From NCBI GenBank assembly GCA_029856525.1, contig JAHQXC010000031.1:1-13310 (forward strand): a stretch of DNA of 13,310 nt. Reading direction: 5' to 3'. Below, piece by piece: positions 6,862-13,310 of the stretch (position 1 is the stretch's first letter; every line of letters starts with the position of its first letter). Source of the stretch: Candidatus Odinarchaeia archaeon (GTDB lineage Archaea; Asgardarchaeota; Odinarchaeia; Odinarchaeales; Odinarchaeaceae). The translations under genes were made by a program, and so were the position numbers. Under the pieces are notes generated by a model. It did no database searches. It saw nothing but the letters and a program-made list of their open reading frames with translations, and was not told the origin of the DNA.

Positions 6862-8250
6862 CTATTTTAAGAACAGTCTTGTTTCCCCGCTTTCAAATAT
6901 TTTAGTCGAGCTGATTTCAAGTATTAAAGGATAGTTTTTTGTTAATTCACCTGTTACAAGGCATCTTCTGAAAGGTAGAGATTTAACTATATAATTCAAT
7001 GTTTCACAGTCTAGATTCGCGGCGGGTGAGATGTATTCGATATCTCTTTTATCAACTAATTTAAACAGGAACAGATTATCCGCTTGTCTTATTATCATCT
7101 CAGGTAGGAATTGAGGGCTATTAGTTACATATATCTGATAGAGGCCTATATGTCTTATTCTACTAACTATGTCTTCTAGAGAGGCTTTAGGTATATAGAA
7201 ATGTGCTTCCTCGGCTATTAACCATACAGGGGGCTCCCCCTTCTCTAACATGTTCTGGAGTTTGCTGAGTATCGTTTGCACTGTGATTATTCTAGCTATT
7301 TGATCAGTTTTCTTAAGATTTACTATTAAAGCCCCTCCATTATTTATCTCATTTATTAATCGTTGGAGAACAGGCTCCTTTTCATCATCATTGAAGATTC
7401 CGGTTTCAACTATTTGCCGTATTCTCCTGTATAAGGCTTCTCTCACATAAGGATTATTCTCAGAGTTAACTGCTTTCACCAACTCCGTGATTTTAAGAGA
7501 GTTTTTTCTTTCAAGACTACTCCAAATATTTCTGAAAGCTATAGCGGATATCTCTGGTAGTCTAAGCGGGCCTGTTAACACATCGTAGATAACATCCATG
7601 CCGACATATTCTAGATTGAATTTCAGGTTTTCCCCCGGGTTAAGTCGAGTAATCCTCTCAACGTTTTCCCCTCTATCCCCTTCAATCTGAGCTGTTAAAC
7701 TACTATATTCATCGTTAATATCGAAAACAATCATTCTACAGCCTTTCTTAACCAATTCTTTTAAGATCAGCTTCGATAGATGGCTTTTACCACTGCCTTT
7801 TTTACCTATTATTAACGTGATCCCTTGAAAATAATATGCGTCGAAGACTATTCTTTCACGTTGAACGGTGTTACCTAGATAAACAGGATACTTTGGTTTA
7901 CCTCTTATATTTTCAAGAAGCCACTGTAATTTAATTTTCACAATTTCAGTTATATTCGCCGGGATCCATCCACTCCAATCTGATAGCTTAATCTTTTTAT
8001 TCTCTTTTTTAACCTCCATAAGTATTTTATATCTGAGACATCTCTCCCCGTAAGGTAGCTTCTTATAACTTATATTCTGATCCAGCTCCGGGTGCATATT
8101 CACTGTGAAATTAACTTCCACTAATTGAACTAATATACCTCGATTGTTTTTATCGAATAAAATGAAGTTTTCACCTATCTCCATGTCGCATTCTGCTTCG
8201 CTAAGTATTATTTCATCACCTTTTTTCGCTATTATCCGCATATTCTTCAC
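6862..8250 (-). CDS. HerA/DUF87-family (FtsK-HerA superfamily) ATPase
   Basis: N-terminal beta-rich HAS-barrel-like region, Walker A IIGKKGSGKSHL, IVFDINDEY, Walker B LIAEEAH, SRIRHIGL, and QADNLFLFKLVDKRDIEYI. The GTG start overlaps the upstream gene's stop (GTGA). Confidence 0.88.
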   Translation of the reverse strand: MKNMRIIAKKGDEIILSEAECDMEIGENFILFDKNNRGILVQLVEVNFTVNMHPELDQNISYKKLPYGERCLRYKILMEVKKENKKIKLSDWSGWIPANITEIVKIKLQWLLENIRGKPKYPVYLGNTVQRERIVFDAYYFQGITLIIGKKGSGKSHLSKLILKELVKKGCRMIVFDINDEYSSLTAQIEGDRGENVERITRLNPGENLKFNLEYVGMDVIYDVLTGPLRLPEISAIAFRNIWSSLERKNSLKITELVKAVNSENNPYVREALYRRIRQIVETGIFNDDEKEPVLQRLINEINNGGALIVNLKKTDQIARIITVQTILSKLQNMLEKGEPPVWLIAEEAHFYIPKASLEDIVSRIRHIGLYQIYVTNSPQFLPEMIIRQADNLFLFKLVDKRDIEYISPAANLDCETLNYIVKSLPFRRCLVTGELTKNYPLILEISSTKIFESGETRLFLK

Positions 8251-9110
8251 ATTTTTAAATTAAATTTATCAGCTGAAAGCTGTGTTATAACAAGATCGTG
8301 AACGTATATCGCTTTAAATACTCTCTTATGAGCTTTTATATGCCCGTATATTAAAAAATCAGCTCCATAGCTTCTAAGCAATATATTTAAAGCCGTATCA
8401 AAAGACTTATAATTTTTACCTATAAAATCAGGGTTTTTCCGCTTTAAAATATATGTTAAATTGCAAGGAGCACCGCCCACAGGGAGATTCCACCGAGTTT
8501 TCACATATTTGAAGGTTTTAATAACCTCCGCTAGCGAGTTGATATCAGTTATAGCGCAGTCTACGATCATATTAATTATACTCGAATCTTTCAACTTCTC
8601 AAGTATCCTCTCTAATATTTTAATCCGTCCCTCTGCACTCGCATCCTGTGGGTTAAATATTTGTATTATAGCATTTTGAACACCGTATCTGGTAATGTTT
8701 TTTAATAAATCTTCTGTTAGACTATAATTGTTAACAGAGTTTATAACTAATCGCTCGACGACGCCTATTCGAAAAGCTGCTTTAATCGCAGACTCTAAAA
8801 TATGCGGGGACCCGCTGTCAAAAATAAAAGGATTATTATTAACAGACGTTAATATTTGAATACACTTGTCTATATCTTTCTCTCTTTCAACTATTACATC
8901 ATAGAAATGTCTTATACCTAGTTTCTTAGCCTCTTCTTCTACTTCAAGTATCTTACTGTGGAGTGTATTATTTTCGAGACTGCTGCTTGTAAGCTGAGAG
9001 GAGTAAACGCTACCTATGAGAAGAGTGTTCGCTTCTAAGCTACTGAAGCTATTTATATTAATCCTCTCCTAATAGCCTATCCTTCTCTCTGAGTAACTAT
9101 AAAATTTCAT
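8247..9110 (-). CDS. MtrH-family (methyltetrahydromethanopterin/THF:corrinoid methyltransferase-like, pterin-binding TIM barrel) protein with in-frame UAG at codon 14 or non-canonical start
   Basis: The frame of the listed 8247-8594 ORF is open from 9068, with no ATG/GTG/TTG for 158 codons. It reads ...NTLLIGSVY...PFIFDSG...RLVINSVN...NMIVDCAI...WNLPVGGAPCN...GADFLIYG, matching MtrH motifs (PTVLxGSIFY, PFLxDS, RxIYNSIN, LID, GxPxGxxxHN, GADFxLYG). An in-frame ATG at 9110 (MKFYSY...) is separated from it by TAG at 9071-9069. Confidence 0.78.
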
Positions 9111-9120
9111 CCCGGCCTAT

Positions 9121-9180
9121 CGGTCATTGAATATTCTCGTCATCGAGTTTCAGGGGCTAATTTTGTAAACGCTCATCGAA
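9121..9180 (-). ncRNA. Candidate C/D-box sRNA or K-turn-containing 5' leader
   Basis: The minus strand reads TCGATGA-19nt-CTGA-AAC-TCGATGA-12nt-ATGA, i.e. C, D', C', D-like boxes in the canonical order over about 56 nt. The C/C' boxes and the D box deviate from the consensus RUGAUGA/CUGA. Confidence 0.35.
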
Positions 9181-9223
9181 TATAAAAGTTATTATCCAAT
9201 AAATTAGTAACTAAGAACGCTGG

Positions 9224-9237
9224 CTATAAATTTTTAT
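9224..9237. promoter_or_regulatory. Near-palindromic TATA element, possible divergent promoter for hisG (+) and the MtrH-like operon (-)
   Basis: CTATAAATTTTTAT reads as a TATA-like box on both strands and lies in the gap between the divergent genes. Confidence 0.35.
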
Positions 9238-9298
9238 TGTTGTTATGATAAGTTAACTACTGACATCAGCTGGATGGATAATATTAGAGGTAGCTTAA

Positions 9299-10270
9299 AT
9301 GAATATATTAAAAATAGCTTTACCGAAAGGCTCTCTATTAGATGCAACTCTAGAATTGTTTAAACAAGCCGGTTACGAAATAAAAGCCTCTGATCGTTCA
9401 TATAGACCTTGGATTAACGATCCAGAGATTTCGCTTAAACTTCTCCGCCCTCAAGAAATACCAAGACTTGTAGAGCAAGGTACCTATGATTTAGGTATAT
9501 CAGGTTTAGACTGGATAAATGAAACAATGTCGAATGTTGTTAAAATAGCGAATCTTGAATACGGACTCGTGCGTATAATTTTAGCTGTCCCAGCGAATTG
9601 GAGTGAAATCCAATCTCTATCAGATTTAATAGAATACTGCTATAAGCAGAATAAACCTTTACGCATCTCTACAGAGTATATTAACTCAGCTAAAAATTAT
9701 TTAATGCAGAATCCGCTTTACAAAAAACTTTACGGTGAAGCTGAGCCTGAAGTTATAACACCATGGTATAAGTTTGGGAGTAATCCTAATGTGAGAATAA
9801 TATTATCTTTCGGCGCGACTGAAGCTAAACCTCCAGATGAAGCTGAAGCTATTATCGATAATACGGAAACAGGCACAACTATTCAAAGCAATAATTTAAA
9901 GATTATTGAAACTCTCTCTACTTCCAGCGCCCTGTTAGTGGCTTCCGAGAATGCTATGAATGATTCATGGAAGAAAGAGAAAATTATGGATGTAGCTATG
10001 TTACTTAAAAGCGTAGTCAACGCTAGAGGTAAAATTCATATTTTCGTGAATGTTCAAGAGAAAAATCTGCCTAAACTTATGGAGAAGCTCCCAGCTTTGA
10101 AAAAACCCACGATATCTAAGCTCGCGGGTACAGATGACTGGTATTCTTTAAATACAATCATCCCTAAAGAATATTTTATATCAATAGTTCCATTGCTTAG
10201 AAAATACGCGCAGGGTTTAGTAGTCCACGTGCCAAGGCAGGTGCTACCTTTAGAAGGGTTTAACGAATAA
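9299..10270 (+). CDS. hisG: ATP phosphoribosyltransferase, long form
   Basis: KIALPKGSL, LRPQEIP, DLGISGLDWINE, SFGATEA and AIIDNTETGTT motifs, plus a C-terminal regulatory domain (LPALKKPTISKL). RBS GAGG. Confidence 0.97.
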   Translation: MNILKIALPKGSLLDATLELFKQAGYEIKASDRSYRPWINDPEISLKLLRPQEIPRLVEQGTYDLGISGLDWINETMSNVVKIANLEYGLVRIILAVPANWSEIQSLSDLIEYCYKQNKPLRISTEYINSAKNYLMQNPLYKKLYGEAEPEVITPWYKFGSNPNVRIILSFGATEAKPPDEAEAIIDNTETGTTIQSNNLKIIETLSTSSALLVASENAMNDSWKKEKIMDVAMLLKSVVNARGKIHIFVNVQEKNLPKLMEKLPALKKPTISKLAGTDDWYSLNTIIPKEYFISIVPLLRKYAQGLVVHVPRQVLPLEGFNE

Positions 10271-10288
10271 TTATTATTTAAAGAAGGT

Positions 10289-11596
10289 GTGCGAATGAAT
10301 TTTAAAATATATTCTTTAAAAGAAGCTTCCAGTTATCTTAAAGATAAGCTTGGAAATCGAGGGCGGGTAAGATCTATTGAAGTAATGGATAAAGTCACTA
10401 AAATTATATCAGATGTCCGTAAATATGGGGATACAGCTGTAATCGGGTTCACAAAGGAATTTGACAGAGTGGAGTTAACACCTCAAACTATGCGAGTCTC
10501 GGTAAGAGAGATAGAGAACGCGTACAATCAGGTTAGTAAAGAATTTATTAACGCTATTAAAATCGCTAAAAACAATATTGAAAAATTTCATTCTCTTCAA
10601 TTAAGATCTCTCTGGTTCACTGAGACTTCTAAAGGTGTATTTGTAGGCCAGAAATATTCTCCTATATCATCTGTAGGGATTTATGTTCCTGGGGGTAGAG
10701 CCAGTTATCCTTCAACAGTTTTGATGGCGGGGATACCTGCCAGAGTAGCCGGTGTAAGCGAGATCATTTTATGCTCCCCTCCAGCCTTGAACGGTGAAAT
10801 ACCCCCTCCAGTATTAGTGGCTGCTAATGAAGTCGGTATCACTAAAATATTTAAAGTAGGTGGAGCTCAAGCCATAGCTGCTATGGCTTATGGAACTGAA
10901 ACAATTCCAAAGGTTGAAAAAATAGTCGGCCCGGGGAATATATATGTTACTACAGCGAAGTTGATTGTTAGCGGTGATGTTAGAATAGATCTGCCGGCAG
11001 GCCCATCTGAAATATTAGTATTCGCTGATTCGACGGCGAATCCCAGTTTTATCGCCTATGATTTAATAGCTCAAGCCGAACACGATCCTAACGCCTACTG
11101 TATACTCCTATCAGACTCGGAGACCTTAATTAACCGTGTTATAAGAAATTTGGAATCTCTAGTATCCTCAGCTGAGAGAAAAGAGATTATTGAGAGAGCT
11201 TTAGATTCTAATAGCTTATTTATTCACGTAACGAATTTAGAGGATGCTCTAAATTTCATCAACGAATTTGCACCCGAACACCTCGAGTTAATGGTTAAAG
11301 ACCCTTTCAAACTCATCCCTCATATTAGAAATAGTGGAGCTATATTTCTAGGTGAAATGGCGCCGGTAGCTTTAGGTGATCTTATAGCCGGTTCTAATCA
11401 TATTCTACCAACAGGCGGTTACGCTAAAACATTTTCAGGATTATCTGTAAACGATTTCATTAAATCAATAGATTTAGTTTACGCTACTAAAGAGGGGCTT
11501 AAAGAAATCAGTAAACCTTTATCAGAGATAGCTGAATCAGAGAAGCTTTTAGAACATAAAAGATCAGTTGACGTGAGGATCAAAGATGAACAGTAA
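10289..11596 (+). CDS. hisD: Histidinol dehydrogenase
   Basis: GIYVPGG, VGGAQAIAAMAYG, KIVGPGNIYV, IDLPAGPSE, QAEHD, APEHLEL and AGSNHILPTGG motifs. The start is GTG 10289 or ATG 10295. Confidence 0.98.
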   Translation: MRMNFKIYSLKEASSYLKDKLGNRGRVRSIEVMDKVTKIISDVRKYGDTAVIGFTKEFDRVELTPQTMRVSVREIENAYNQVSKEFINAIKIAKNNIEKFHSLQLRSLWFTETSKGVFVGQKYSPISSVGIYVPGGRASYPSTVLMAGIPARVAGVSEIILCSPPALNGEIPPPVLVAANEVGITKIFKVGGAQAIAAMAYGTETIPKVEKIVGPGNIYVTTAKLIVSGDVRIDLPAGPSEILVFADSTANPSFIAYDLIAQAEHDPNAYCILLSDSETLINRVIRNLESLVSSAERKEIIERALDSNSLFIHVTNLEDALNFINEFAPEHLELMVKDPFKLIPHIRNSGAIFLGEMAPVALGDLIAGSNHILPTGGYAKTFSGLSVNDFIKSIDLVYATKEGLKEISKPLSEIAESEKLLEHKRSVDVRIKDEQ

Positions 11597-12677
11597 ACTT
11601 GTTAGAGGCTTCCTTAAAGAATTTGAAAAATACACCAGCGAAGTTCACTTTAAGAAAATAGCCTCTGATTCAGGCAGAGTGCTTAAACTAGACGGTAATG
11701 AGAATCTTTTCTTAAATAATAATCATATTAATCGAATAATACGCGATTCATTAAATGAAATTGAAACAAATATATATACTGACACTTTATGCCAGGATTT
11801 AAGAGAATCGATAGGCAGACACTTCCACCTGCCAGCTGACTATGTTATGGTTGGAAACGGAGCTGACGGGGTAATCGATACAATTGTTAAAACCTTCTTA
11901 GAACCAGGGGTTAACGCCATAGTGGTTGAACCGACATATTCTATATACAAGTTTTTTATTAAAATTATGGGAGCGGTTTATAGACCAGCTCTCTTAGAAG
12001 ACGATTTCTCTCTTACTTCAGAAAAAATTATTGAATTATGCGATGATAAAACGAAGCTTATATTCTTATGCTCGCCTAATAATCCTACAGGTAACCAATT
12101 CAATTATGATGAGATTATCAATCTCCTTGAAAAATCGCATTCCATACTTGTAGTGGATGAAGCTTACGCTGAATTCGGAAATTATTCTCTAATACCTGCT
12201 CTTAGAAAATACCAGAATTTAATAGTTTTGAAGACGATGTCGAAGGCTTACGGTTTAGCGTCTCTGAGAGCAGGCTACTGTCTAGCAAACCCGGAGATAG
12301 TAGAAGAGCTTTTAAAAGTTTCACCGCCATACCCGGTTAATATAATCGCGCAGAAAATTATCCCAAAAATATTCGCGCAAGTTAAGTTAATTCTCAACGC
12401 TATTAAAAAAATCCAGGTACAAAGATCTAGACTGGTTAAACAATTAAATAATATTACAGGTGTTGAAGCCTATCCTAGTGATGCAAACTTCATATTATTT
12501 AGAATAACAGATAAAAAACTTACAGGTAATATTGTCCATGAAAGACTTTTAAAAAAAGGTATAATTCTACGTAATAGAGGTTCTCTTCCAAAACTAGAAA
12601 ACTGTTTAAGAGTTACCGTATGTCCTCCTATGGAAAGCGAGATTTTTATTGAAGCGCTTAAAGAATGTATGAGTTGA
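11586..12677 (+). CDS. hisC: Histidinol-phosphate aminotransferase
   Basis: LDGNEN, GNGADGVI, CSPNNPTG, VVDEAYAEF, PLP-lysine motif TMSKAYGLASLRAGY and NCLRVTV. Overlaps hisD by 11 nt. Confidence 0.97.
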   Translation: MNSKLVRGFLKEFEKYTSEVHFKKIASDSGRVLKLDGNENLFLNNNHINRIIRDSLNEIETNIYTDTLCQDLRESIGRHFHLPADYVMVGNGADGVIDTIVKTFLEPGVNAIVVEPTYSIYKFFIKIMGAVYRPALLEDDFSLTSEKIIELCDDKTKLIFLCSPNNPTGNQFNYDEIINLLEKSHSILVVDEAYAEFGNYSLIPALRKYQNLIVLKTMSKAYGLASLRAGYCLANPEIVEELLKVSPPYPVNIIAQKIIPKIFAQVKLILNAIKKIQVQRSRLVKQLNNITGVEAYPSDANFILFRITDKKLTGNIVHERLLKKGIILRNRGSLPKLENCLRVTVCPPMESEIFIEALKECMS

Positions 12678-12683
12678 TGAATT

Positions 12684-13310
12684 ATGGTCGGCTATGGGTT
12701 TTTTAATCATAGCGCCGGGAATATAATAATTAATTTAGATATCCCGCCTATTTTAAAAAAATTGGACACCATCATATTCGACTGCGACGGTGTTCTTTTA
12801 AACACTTCACGCTCTTATGACATTGCTATAAAAAAATGCGTTAACTTTATTTTCTCTAATGTTTTCGATCAACAAAACCTTGATCTCATCTCTGATAAAG
12901 ATATTTTAATGATTAGAAATACAGGGGGATTCAACAATGACTGGGAGTTAACCTACGCATTCATCCTCTATTATTTCTTTAAATTATCTGTTTTCCTTTC
13001 AAAAAGAGTGCAGATCAATTTCCCAGAAAACACTGGTGTTAAAGACGCTATAAATTTTTTAAAAAACTTAAGAAGTATGTTAAATCTTTCAAATATTCGC
13101 TATGAGAAAATAATTTCGATGAAAGATTATACTTTAGAAGAGTATATCTCCTATCTTGATGTTTACGGTTTAAAAACAGCTCGCAAAGTGTTATATTCCT
13201 GGGCTGAAAACATGGCGCAGATTAATTTCATGCAGAGAATTGAAAAATATTTATGCTTTCAGAAAGATCTAACTCATGATGTAGTAACTAGAGTTTTCCA
13301 AGAATTCTAT
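12684..13310 (+). CDS. HAD-superfamily hydrolase, probable histidinol-phosphate phosphatase (partial, runs off window; absent from ORF track)
   Basis: Open for 209 codons to the window end: MVGYGFF...TIIFDCDGVLLNTSRSYDIAI...GGFNNDWELT. It has HAD motif I DxDGV, and GGFNNDW is typical of the his-associated HAD subfamily IA. It directly follows hisC. Confidence 0.85.
   Translation, partial: MVGYGFFNHSAGNIIINLDIPPILKKLDTIIFDCDGVLLNTSRSYDIAIKKCVNFIFSNVFDQQNLDLISDKDILMIRNTGGFNNDWELTYAFILYYFFKLSVFLSKRVQINFPENTGVKDAINFLKNLRSMLNLSNIRYEKIISMKDYTLEEYISYLDVYGLKTARKVLYSWAENMAQINFMQRIEKYLCFQKDLTHDVVTRVFQEFY

Noticed and set aside
8461-8679. 72-aa plus-strand ORF
   Set aside because: Antisense shadow of the MtrH-like gene.
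9244-9298. His-operon leader peptide/attenuator or second C/D RNA
   Set aside because: The only upstream ATG gives a 3-codon ORF with no His codons. The box-like words (ATGATAA, CTGA) have the wrong spacing and no terminal D box.
1-13310. CRISPR array, rRNA, canonical tRNA, transposase/integrase
   Set aside because: No regularly spaced direct repeats, no GGTTCRA-type T-loop cloverleaf, no rRNA signature and no mobile-element protein motifs were seen.

Overview
AT-rich archaeal chromosomal window. The gene set (stand-alone Lrp/AsnC RAM domain, AbrB-PhoU, FrhB-family, PIP-box RNase HII, HerA-like ATPase) and GGTGA/GGAGG ribosome-binding sites point to an archaeon; a TACK/Asgard-type lineage is inferred, not established. 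Plus strand: Lrp/AsnC domain protein, phoU, an orphan F420-dependent oxidoreductase beta subunit (FrhB/FpoF-like), rnhB, a two-gene ABC-2 exporter whose permease has a very large, sequon-rich extracellular insertion, and hisG-hisD-hisC-HAD phosphatase (cut by the window end). Minus strand: a two-gene unit. The first gene is an MtrH-family (pterin-binding methyltransferase-like) gene mostly missed by the ORF track; it needs either read-through of an in-frame UAG at codon 14 or a non-canonical ATA/ATT start. It is translationally coupled to a HerA/DUF87 ATPase that has no NurA partner here. Three intergenic stretches look like possible structured RNAs (3010-3197, 6735-6827, and a C/D-box/K-turn-like element at 9121-9180). 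No CRISPR array, rRNA, canonical tRNA or transposase was seen.
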